DNA of 64,000 nt from a virus (taxonomy: Duplodnaviria > Caudoviricetes), in the IMG/VR virus record IMGVR_UViG_3300021256_002372, positions 32,001-96,000 of that record; one strand, given 5' to 3'. Below the pieces are notes generated by a model. It was not told the origin of the DNA. It was given only the letters and a program-made list of their open reading frames with translations, and did not search any database. Below are positions 48,562 through 56,502 of this stretch, piece by piece. Every line of letters begins with the position of its first letter. Position 1 is the first letter of the stretch. The translations under genes were made by a program, and so were the position numbers.

Positions 48562-48921
48562 ATGCCCAACAGACCCAACACACCATGCAAGCACCCCGGC
48601 TGTGCAGCACTTGTTCCTTACGGAACAAAATACTGTGAGCAGCATCGTTCCCTCCATCCGGAGGAGACACGCTCCGCAGGCAGTCGAGGCTACGGTCCCG
48701 CATGGAACAAAGCCCGTAAGCGTTATCTGGAATCGCACCCGCTGTGTGTGGAGTGCATGAAGGAAGGACGATATGTCAAGGCGACCGATGTGGATCACAT
48801 CAAACCGCATCGGGGAGACAACGTGTTGTTCTGGGATCAGAGCAACTGGCAGAGCCTCTGCCACCGGCATCACAGTGTCAAGACACGAAACGAGGATCAT
48901 ACACCGGAGTACAAGTATTGA
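48562..48921 (+). CDS. Terminase-associated HNH endonuclease
   Basis: PCKHPGC, RGYG..W.KAR, PLCVEC, VDHIKPH, NWQSLC..HH..KT. Confidence 0.92.
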   Translation: MPNRPNTPCKHPGCAALVPYGTKYCEQHRSLHPEETRSAGSRGYGPAWNKARKRYLESHPLCVECMKEGRYVKATDVDHIKPHRGDNVLFWDQSNWQSLCHRHHSVKTRNEDHTPEYKY

Positions 48922-49003
48922 GCGAAGCTCACAGCCCCTTACCCACAGCTCAGACCAGCACACACGGGGCGGGCTACCCCAGGGGATGGGGCGCAGGCAG
49001 CCC

Positions 49004-49082
49004 GCCGGGGGCGGGTCAAAATCCTCGCAGGCAAGCCATCAGGAGACCGTCGGCCCCTCTCGTGTGAAAATTCGCAAAATTT
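49004..49082 (+). other. Putative cos/packaging region
   Basis: GGGGGCGGGTCAAAATC...GAGACCGTCGGCCCCTCTCGTGTGAAAATTCGCAAAATT just after HNH, the usual layout in HNH-dependent cos phages. Confidence 0.6.
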
Positions 49083-49381
49083 GCAGCCCCCCGCCCGTTT
49101 GGGTCCCTATCAACGGTAGATTTTATTGCAGCGGTTTTACAAAGATATTTCAAAAAACATCGAAATTTCGTTCTTCCCGAATATTACTTGTGTGAAACCT
49201 GCTGCTTACATATCGCACGGAGTTTCGTTACATAGCGCTATTCAAAACGGCGAATTCAGGCGAAAAAACGCTTAAAAAATGCTATTTTTTATGTTTTTCC
49301 GCATATATACCGCAGCGCTTGGCGGAGCCCGTGTGGATACCAAAAAGTACGGATCTAAGCAGAAATTGAGGTGACGGTTAC

Positions 49382-49681
49382 TTGACTGATAAGCAAAGAG
49401 AAGAAATTCGTCAAATGAGGCTAAATGGTCTCGGCTATAAAATCATCGCAAAGATGATAGGATCCAAAGAGAAAAATGTTTATGCGTATTGCAAAGCACA
49501 TGGTCTTGCCGGCTCCGCTGAAATCGTTAAGCTCAACTATCCGATTTGGTGTCAGCAGAACAGCCGCTGTCCGGTGTGCGGTACAAAAGTCACACAGCCG
49601 CGAACCGGCAGACGGAAGCAATTCTGCTCCGGTCGCTGCCGTACAAGATATTACCGAATGAAAAAAGACATGGAGGACTGA
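49382..49681 (+). CDS. HTH plus zinc-finger protein
   Basis: R..GLGYK.IA HTH; CPVCG...FCS.RCR. Confidence 0.8.
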   Translation: MTDKQREEIRQMRLNGLGYKIIAKMIGSKEKNVYAYCKAHGLAGSAEIVKLNYPIWCQQNSRCPVCGTKVTQPRTGRRKQFCSGRCRTRYYRMKKDMED

Positions 49682-49683
49682 AA

Positions 49684-49872
49684 ATGCTTGTAACCGTTTT
49701 GTGCCTTACTTACATGATGGTCATCATCCTGATCCATGCGATATGGATCACCTCGATCATCAAGCATGATGGCAAATGCCACTACCACGACTGCGGTCAC
49801 TGTCCGTATGACGGCTGGTGTCCGATGCAGGAGGAAAAGCAACATGACACTGACAGAAAACTTCATTCGTAA
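49684..49872 (+). CDS. Small TM plus Cys-rich protein
   Basis: SD GGAGG; hydrophobic N-terminus; CHYHDCGHCPYDGWC. Confidence 0.55.
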   Translation: MLVTVLCLTYMMVIILIHAIWITSIIKHDGKCHYHDCGHCPYDGWCPMQEEKQHDTDRKLHS

Positions 49873-50329
49873 TGCGATACAGCTTGACAGCGGTGCGGAG
49901 GTCATGTACGGCAGCGATCAGGTGTATGACACTTATCCTTGCCGCTTTCCAACTGTAGAGTTTCAGCTTGCGGCAACGGACGCTCTTGTGGAGGTCGCAG
50001 ATCGTATCCGAATGGAGAACGGATTCCTCCCGATGCATCCGAGGGACGGGCGCACGGACGATGTTGACAATGACGGCTGGTACGACTTTTATATCGGGAT
50101 CAGCAAGCTCCCCAGCGATCATAAGGAATGCAAACTTGACAGCAGCATCAGCTTCGTGGTCGTCAATTCAGATTCCGATGACAACGAGGATATGTACACA
50201 ATTGACCTGACTGAAACAGAACAGGCGTATGTGTATGAAATACTGAACCGGCAGTGCCGGAAATATCATGGAAAGGACTGTGCCGAGCTTCTGGCAGAGT
50301 CCGAAAAGGAGCTGATGGATACAGCATGA
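49844..50329 (+). CDS. Hypothetical acidic phage protein
   Basis: SD GGAGG; ATGA overlap with nrdD. Confidence 0.65.
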   Translation: MTLTENFIRNAIQLDSGAEVMYGSDQVYDTYPCRFPTVEFQLAATDALVEVADRIRMENGFLPMHPRDGRTDDVDNDGWYDFYIGISKLPSDHKECKLDSSISFVVVNSDSDDNEDMYTIDLTETEQAYVYEILNRQCRKYHGKDCAELLAESEKELMDTA

Positions 50330-52467
50330 GAATTATTAAGCGGAACGGCGTAGAAGTGCCGTATGACTGCGAAAAGATACGAGCCGCGATCACGGCGGCG
50401 AATTCAGAGGTTGACGACCAGATCAGCGATACAGCTATCGGCTTTATTGTCGGTAATGTAGAAAAACGGTGCGATGCCCTTGCAAGACCTGTCCATGTCG
50501 AGGAAGTACAGGACATGGTTCTCGATGAACTGGACAAGGCCGAAGCGTACAAACTTGCACGGCACTACAGCGAATACAGACTACTGCACGAACAGCAGCG
50601 CAGGATGAACACCACAGACGGCAAAATTCTGAGCCTGCTCGAACGCAACAACGAGGAAGCAAAACAGGAGAATGCCAACAAAAACCCGATCATCAACAGC
50701 ACCCTCCGTGACTATATGGCAGGCGAAGTCAGCAGAGACATCTGCCGCCGATTCCTGTTTCCAGCAGATGTGATCGCTGCCCATGATGAGGGTATCATCC
50801 ATGTGCATGATCTGGACTACATTGCAGAGCCGATGCATAACTGCTGTCTGGTCAATCTGGCGGATATGCTTCAGAACGGCACGGTGGTTTCCGGCACAAT
50901 GATCGAAAAGCCGCACAGCTTTTCGACAGCCTGCAATATCGCAACGCAGATCATTGCACAGGTCGCATCGAACCAGTACGGCGGGCAGACGATCAGTCTT
51001 GCACACCTTGCACCTTTTGTTGATGTCAGCCGTCAGAAGATACGAGCTGAAGTATTCGAGGATGTGAACTGCGACTGCGGCGCAAAGTTGTCTGAAGATG
51101 AAATCGACCACATCGTTGAAAAGCGTGTACGCCGGGAAGTCAAGCGCGGCGTACAGACCATTCAGTACCAGATCAATACACTGCTCACCACCAACGGACA
51201 GACGCCGTTCGTGACAGTATTCATGTATCTCGATGAGGTTCCGGAGGGTCAGAACCGTGATGATCTTGCAATGATTATCGAGGAGACACTGCTTCAGCGC
51301 ATCGAGGGTGTGAAAAATGAAAAGGGTGTCTGGATCACGCCGGCATTCCCCAAGCTGATCTATGTTCTCGATGAGGACAATATTCACGCAGACAGCAAGT
51401 ATTACTACCTCACGGAGCTTGCGGCGAAGTGTACGGCAAAACGCATGGTTCCCGACTATATCTCCTCAAAGGTGATGCGAAAGCTCAAGGGCGATGTGTA
51501 TGCCTGCATGGGTTGCCGCAGTTTTCTCACTCCTTCGAACGATCACAAGTATTACGGGCGCTTCAATCAGGGTGTTGTGACGATCAATCTGGTGGATGTG
51601 GCGTGTTCTTCTGGTGGTGATGAGGATAAGTTCTGGCAGCTTCTGGATGAACGCTGTGACCTCTGCTTCAAGGCACTGATGTGCAGACATGAACGGCTCA
51701 AAGGAACGCCGTCCGATGTTGCGCCGATCCTCTGGCAGAACGGTGCGCTGGCAAGACTGAAGGACGGCGAGATTATCGACGATCTTCTGTATAACAACTA
51801 CAGTACCATTTCCCTTGGCTATGCAGGCATCGCAGAGATGACCTATCGTATGACAGGCTGTTCGCATACAGAGCCAGACGGAAAAGCATTTGCACTGAAA
51901 GTTATGCGATTCCTAAACGACAAGTGCAGCAAATGGAGAGCCGAGACAAATATCAGCTTCTCACTGTACGGAACGCCGATGGAGACCGTCACCTACAAAT
52001 TCGCTCAGTGCCTTCAGCGCAGACATGGCATCATTCCTCATGTGACGGATAAAAGCTATATCACCAACAGCTATCACGTTCATGTCACCGAGCCGATCGA
52101 TGCGTTTTCAAAGCTGACCTTTGAAGCGGAGTTTCAGGCGCTTTCTCCGGGCGGTGCGATCTCCTATGTGGAAGTACCGAATCTGCAGAACAACATCCCA
52201 GCGGTACTGGCGCTGATGCGGCATATCTACGAAACAATTCTGTATGCCGAGCTGAACACCAAGTCTGATTACTGTCAGGCCTGCGGCTATGACGGCGAGA
52301 TACAGATCACCGAGGAGGACGGCAAGCTGATCTGGGAATGCCCGAACTGCGGCAACCGCGATCAGCGCACACTGAATGTCTGCCGCCGCACCTGCGGTTA
52401 CCTCGGAACGCAGTTCTGGAATCAGGGGCGCACCGCTGAGATCAAAGACCGGGTGATGCACCTGTGA
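50326..52467 (+). CDS. nrdD: Anaerobic (class III) ribonucleoside-triphosphate reductase
   Basis: ATP cone IIKRNG, NCC, MGCRS, TNSYH, CxxC..CxxC, RRTCGYLG glycyl-radical motif. Confidence 0.95.
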   Translation: MRIIKRNGVEVPYDCEKIRAAITAANSEVDDQISDTAIGFIVGNVEKRCDALARPVHVEEVQDMVLDELDKAEAYKLARHYSEYRLLHEQQRRMNTTDGKILSLLERNNEEAKQENANKNPIINSTLRDYMAGEVSRDICRRFLFPADVIAAHDEGIIHVHDLDYIAEPMHNCCLVNLADMLQNGTVVSGTMIEKPHSFSTACNIATQIIAQVASNQYGGQTISLAHLAPFVDVSRQKIRAEVFEDVNCDCGAKLSEDEIDHIVEKRVRREVKRGVQTIQYQINTLLTTNGQTPFVTVFMYLDEVPEGQNRDDLAMIIEETLLQRIEGVKNEKGVWITPAFPKLIYVLDEDNIHADSKYYYLTELAAKCTAKRMVPDYISSKVMRKLKGDVYACMGCRSFLTPSNDHKYYGRFNQGVVTINLVDVACSSGGDEDKFWQLLDERCDLCFKALMCRHERLKGTPSDVAPILWQNGALARLKDGEIIDDLLYNNYSTISLGYAGIAEMTYRMTGCSHTEPDGKAFALKVMRFLNDKCSKWRAETNISFSLYGTPMETVTYKFAQCLQRRHGIIPHVTDKSYITNSYHVHVTEPIDAFSKLTFEAEFQALSPGGAISYVEVPNLQNNIPAVLALMRHIYETILYAELNTKSDYCQACGYDGEIQITEEDGKLIWECPNCGNRDQRTLNVCRRTCGYLGTQFWNQGRTAEIKDRVMHL

Positions 52468-52985
52468 ATTACTGTGGTCTAAATAAAAACGATATTGCCA
52501 ACGGCGAAGGTGTCCGTGTATCGCTGTTCGTCAGCGGATGCCGGAATCACTGCAAGGGCTGCCACAACCCTGAGGCATGGGACTTCAGCTACGGGAAACC
52601 CTTTACAGCCGAAACCGAAAAAGAGATTATCGATGCCCTGCGTCCTTCTTGGATACAGGGTATTTCCATACTTGGCGGTGAACCCTGCGAGGAGGAAAAC
52701 GAGCGTGTGCTGTTGCCGCTACTGAAGAAGATATGGTGGGAGATGCCGGAAAAAGATATCTGGCTCTATTCCGGATACACCTACGAGATGCTGCGTGGTG
52801 AGGAGATACTCCACTATGTCGATGTGCTTGTGGACGGTCCGTTCCTGTTGGAACAGAAGGACATCTCCCTTCCGTTCCGGGGCAGCCGAAATCAGCGCAT
52901 CCTCCGTCTGCGAGGCGGTGAGGCGGTCGGGTACCCCGCCCTCAGTCGAGGGGGCGGAGCTTCCGGGCGTACACCTTCTCGATGA
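52464..52985 (+). CDS. nrdG: Class III RNR activase (radical SAM)
   Basis: NGEGVRVSLFVSGCRNHCKGCHN, GGEP, LVDGPF, FRGSRNQR. Confidence 0.95.
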   Translation: MNYCGLNKNDIANGEGVRVSLFVSGCRNHCKGCHNPEAWDFSYGKPFTAETEKEIIDALRPSWIQGISILGGEPCEEENERVLLPLLKKIWWEMPEKDIWLYSGYTYEMLRGEEILHYVDVLVDGPFLLEQKDISLPFRGSRNQRILRLRGGEAVGYPALSRGGGASGRTPSR

Positions 52986-53130
52986 ACTGCCGCTGGCGGT
53001 CGCTTTCCAGCTCGTAGACCACCCGGTGGTGGTTCCGGTCGATCTGCTCAAGCAGGATGACATGGTCGCGCATGGCGGTCTTGAACTGTGCGCCCTTCTG
53101 GTAGTTGTTGATGATAACCTCGTACTTCAT
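52942..53130 (-). CDS. Small hypothetical protein in an inverted promoter cassette
   Basis: SD GGAGG and its own promoter TTGCTA-17-TAATAT (53214-53186) of the same family as the 58.8-64 kb cassettes. Confidence 0.7.
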   Translation of the reverse strand: MKYEVIINNYQKGAQFKTAMRDHVILLEQIDRNHHRVVYELESDRQRQFIEKVYARKLRPLD

Positions 53131-53289
53131 ATCTGTATCCTCCGTGTTCTGTATTCAGTGGGGTTTCCCCCGTTCCGTTGTATCCATATTACCACGTTAT
53201 CGGGGTAATAGCAAGCGGCTAAATGTACAGAACATCGGGCGCAGATAAAGCACATTCTTTGTGCAGATCATGACAGGGAAAGGAGCCAT

Positions 53290-53625
53290 ATGAACAAGAA
53301 AACCAAGAAAAGCAAACCTCGCATTGTCCTGAAAAATGCGGTGCGGTGTGATAAGTGCGGATGTGCCTTTGTACCGGAGTCGAAAACGCAACGCGAGGGC
53401 GAGATCGAGTACAGCTACTTCAACTGCGACTACTGCGGCAAAGCATATCTTGTTTCCGTGACGGATGCAGACCTTCGCAAGGATATTCGCAGATACAGAA
53501 CACTTGCAGAAAAGCACAAGATCAAGCCACTGAATGAGCAGTCGCTCCGCGAGTTGGCTTTGCTGAAGGAGCAGAACTTAAAACGAGCCGCAAAGCTGCG
53601 GCAGATATATATTCTGGAGGGATGA
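53290..53625 (+). CDS. Zinc-ribbon hypothetical protein
   Basis: CDKC...CDYC; SD AAGGAG. Confidence 0.7.
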   Translation: MNKKTKKSKPRIVLKNAVRCDKCGCAFVPESKTQREGEIEYSYFNCDYCGKAYLVSVTDADLRKDIRRYRTLAEKHKIKPLNEQSLRELALLKEQNLKRAAKLRQIYILEG

Positions 53626-53626
53626 G

Positions 53627-54898
53627 ATGAAAACAGCAGAACTTCGTGTGATCCCTGTCACGGAGCTGAAGCCTGCGGCATACAACCCGCGCAAAAAACT
53701 GAAGCCCGGCGACAAGGAATACGAAAAGATCAAAAACAGCATCGAGGAATTCGGCTTTGCCGATCCGCTGGTTGTCAACGCTGACATGACCATCATCGGC
53801 GGACACCAGCGACTGACCGTAGCAATGGCACTCGGCTACACCGAGGTACCCTGTGCGGTGGTGGACATCGACAAGGTTCGTGAAAAGGCACTGAACATTG
53901 CGCTCAACAAGATCACGGGTGCATGGGACGAGAGCCTTCTGGCTGAACTGTTGCAGGACATTCAGGACAGCGATTTCGACCTCGGTAAGACCGGCTTTGA
54001 CCCGCCGGAGATCGAGCAGCTTTTCAATCAGGTACACGATAAGCAGGTCAAAGAGGACAGCTTCGATGTGGAGGAGGAACTGAAAAAGCCGACCTTCTCC
54101 CAGCCGGGAGATATCTGGATCCTCGGCAGGCATCGTGTGATCTGCGGCGACAGCACAGTCGCTGACACATACACAAAGCTGATGGAAGGACAGAAAGCAA
54201 ACCTCGTCCTGACGGACCCGCCTTACAATGTGGACGTTGAGGAGACCGCCGGCAAGATCATGAACGACAACATGAGCGACAGCGATTTCTACAACTTCCT
54301 GCTCGCCGCCTATAAATGTATGTATGACAGTCTTGCCGATGACGGCAGCATCTATGTGTGGCACGCCGATACGGAAGGACTGAACTTCCGAAAGGCATTC
54401 AAAGATGCAGGATTCCAGCTTTCCGGCTGCTGTATCTGGAAGAAGAATTCGTTGGTGCTTGGGCGCAGTCCCTATCAGTGGATCCATGAGCCGTGCCTGT
54501 TCGGATGGAAGCAGAAGGGCAAGCACCAGTGGTATGCAGACCGCAAGCAGACGACTGTCTGGGAATATGACAAGCCGAAAAGCAGCCCCGACCATCCGAC
54601 CACAAAGCCGATCCCGCTGATGGCATATCCGATCAAGAACAGTACCATGACCAACGGCATTGTGCTAGATCCGTTCCTCGGCTCCGGCTCTACGCTGATT
54701 GCCTGCTGCGAAACAGACCGTGTCTGCCGCGGCATCGAGCTTGATCCGAAATTCGTGGATGTCATCGTGAAGCGATACCTCGCATGGTGCCGGGATAAGC
54801 AGACCGCAGAGGTTGCCTATGTTATCCGTGACGGACAGAAGCTGTCATACGAGGAAGCGGTCGCAGCGATGCCGCAGGACGGTGATGCTGTTGAGTGA
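53627..54898 (+). CDS. ParB-N-terminal plus N4/N6 DNA methyltransferase
   Basis: YNPR..IIGGHQR ParB domain; TDPPY, HPTTKP, DPFLGSGS. Confidence 0.92.
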   Translation: MKTAELRVIPVTELKPAAYNPRKKLKPGDKEYEKIKNSIEEFGFADPLVVNADMTIIGGHQRLTVAMALGYTEVPCAVVDIDKVREKALNIALNKITGAWDESLLAELLQDIQDSDFDLGKTGFDPPEIEQLFNQVHDKQVKEDSFDVEEELKKPTFSQPGDIWILGRHRVICGDSTVADTYTKLMEGQKANLVLTDPPYNVDVEETAGKIMNDNMSDSDFYNFLLAAYKCMYDSLADDGSIYVWHADTEGLNFRKAFKDAGFQLSGCCIWKKNSLVLGRSPYQWIHEPCLFGWKQKGKHQWYADRKQTTVWEYDKPKSSPDHPTTKPIPLMAYPIKNSTMTNGIVLDPFLGSGSTLIACCETDRVCRGIELDPKFVDVIVKRYLAWCRDKQTAEVAYVIRDGQKLSYEEAVAAMPQDGDAVE

Positions 54899-55658
54899 AG
54901 TAAAATGCGTTCTCATACACGATAATTTCCAGAACTACAAAGGCTATAGCATTCCGAGGGCGCAGCTCGTCATAGCAGACATTCCGTACAACATCGGTAG
55001 CGACTTTTATGCCAGTCGCCCGGACTGGTATGTGAATGGTGACAATCAGAACGGCGAAAGCAGCAAAGCGCACAAGGCGGCATTCCACACCGACTACTCG
55101 TTCAATATTGCTGAGTATTTCGCATTCTGCAACCGGCTGCTCAAAAAGGAGCCGTCCAAAGGTGGAAAGGACGCTCCCTGCATGATCGTATTCTGTGCGT
55201 TTCAGCAGATACCGGAGGTCATCCGGCAGGCAGAGAAATACGGCTTCAAGCACTACCAGTTTTTGTGCTTTATGAAGAACTACAGTCCGCAGGTGCTGAA
55301 GGCAAACATGAGGATCGTGGGTGCTACCGAATATGCGCTGGTGCTGTATCGGGGCAAGCTGCCGAAGTTCCGCAATACCGATGTGGACGGCAAGCGGCAC
55401 ATGATCTTCGACCATTTCGAATGGGTGCGGGACGGCAAAGATATCCCGAAGATACATCCAAGCCAGAAGCCGGTGAATCTGCTGAAGCGCCTGATCGGAA
55501 TATTTACCGATGAGGGTGATGTGGTCATCGACCCTTGCGCCGGTTCCGGCTCAACACTCCGTGCGGCACGGGAGCTTGGCAGACACAGCTACGGCTTTGA
55601 AGTCAGTAGAGATTTTTATATCAAAGCCCGTGAGCAGATGCTCGGAGGTGCGGAATGA
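54885..55658 (+). CDS. N4/N6 DNA methyltransferase (DIPY variant)
   Basis: IADIPY, HPSQKP, DPCAGSGST. Confidence 0.88.
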   Translation: MLLSEVKCVLIHDNFQNYKGYSIPRAQLVIADIPYNIGSDFYASRPDWYVNGDNQNGESSKAHKAAFHTDYSFNIAEYFAFCNRLLKKEPSKGGKDAPCMIVFCAFQQIPEVIRQAEKYGFKHYQFLCFMKNYSPQVLKANMRIVGATEYALVLYRGKLPKFRNTDVDGKRHMIFDHFEWVRDGKDIPKIHPSQKPVNLLKRLIGIFTDEGDVVIDPCAGSGSTLRAARELGRHSYGFEVSRDFYIKAREQMLGGAE

Positions 55659-55861
55659 CGAAACAGGAATGTGCCATCGTGACAGCATACACAGGGTTCG
55701 CAATGCTGAAAGGCAGCGACCTGAAATATCTGTACAATTATCTCTCCGGTTTCATCGGCAGACCGGTGTATTCACACGAAATACCTGCGGTCGCTGAAAG
55801 CTACAAGGAACAAATACGAGAAGATTTCCTTGCCCTGTGCAGGAACGCTGCTGATGACTGA
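55655..55861 (+). CDS. Small hypothetical phage protein
   Basis: SD GGAGG; overlaps both neighbours. Confidence 0.65.
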   Translation: MTKQECAIVTAYTGFAMLKGSDLKYLYNYLSGFIGRPVYSHEIPAVAESYKEQIREDFLALCRNAADD

Positions 55862-56489
55862 TCTTGTAAAAAGCATTGGCTATGATCAGGGAGAGATCAT
55901 CCGGAATATTCTGAAGCTCCATGTGCCGGAGGGAAAGATCGACTGTGATCCGACCTTCAGCACAGGGGCTTTTTACAACGGTACAGGCATTGCGCTCCCT
56001 GAGTACCGCTTTGATATTTCTCCGCAGCGGAGCGATGTGATACAGGCGGATGCACGGCATCTTCCGCTTATCGACAGCAGTATTTCGTGCATGATGCTCG
56101 ATCCGCCGTTTCTGGCGACCAAAGGAAAATCGCTGAACAGCACTGACGGCAACATCATCAACAGGCGTTTCGGTGTATATCCCGATGAAAAGAGCCTGCA
56201 CCGCTGCTACTCAGATATGCTCGCCGAGGCATACAGAGTTCTGAAACCGGACGGCATCCTGATCTTCAAATGTCAGGACAAAGTCAGCAGCGGCAAGCAG
56301 TATATGAGCCATGTGTATATCATGAACGAGGCTGTGCGGATAGGCTTTTACCCGAAAGACCTGTTTATCCTGCTTGCCAAAAGCCGTCTGGTAGCTGATT
56401 GGCAGAAAAGAAATCAACGGAACAGCCGTAGATATCACAGTTATTTCTGGGTGTTTCAAAAAAATAACAGGCGCATCGAGTACGCCTGA
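55854..56489 (+). CDS. Small SAM-dependent (amino) DNA methyltransferase
   Basis: DPTFSTG.FY, DARHLP, LDPPF, RVLKPDG.LIFKCQD. Confidence 0.8.
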   Translation: MTDLVKSIGYDQGEIIRNILKLHVPEGKIDCDPTFSTGAFYNGTGIALPEYRFDISPQRSDVIQADARHLPLIDSSISCMMLDPPFLATKGKSLNSTDGNIINRRFGVYPDEKSLHRCYSDMLAEAYRVLKPDGILIFKCQDKVSSGKQYMSHVYIMNEAVRIGFYPKDLFILLAKSRLVADWQKRNQRNSRRYHSYFWVFQKNNRRIEYA

Positions 56490-56502
56490 GATCGGAGGTA
56501 AA

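Noticed and set aside
53522-54595. 357-aa antisense ORF (likewise 34348-35238, 45734-46408, 50581-51387, 61326-62516)
   Set aside because: Shadow frames of well-supported + strand phage genes.
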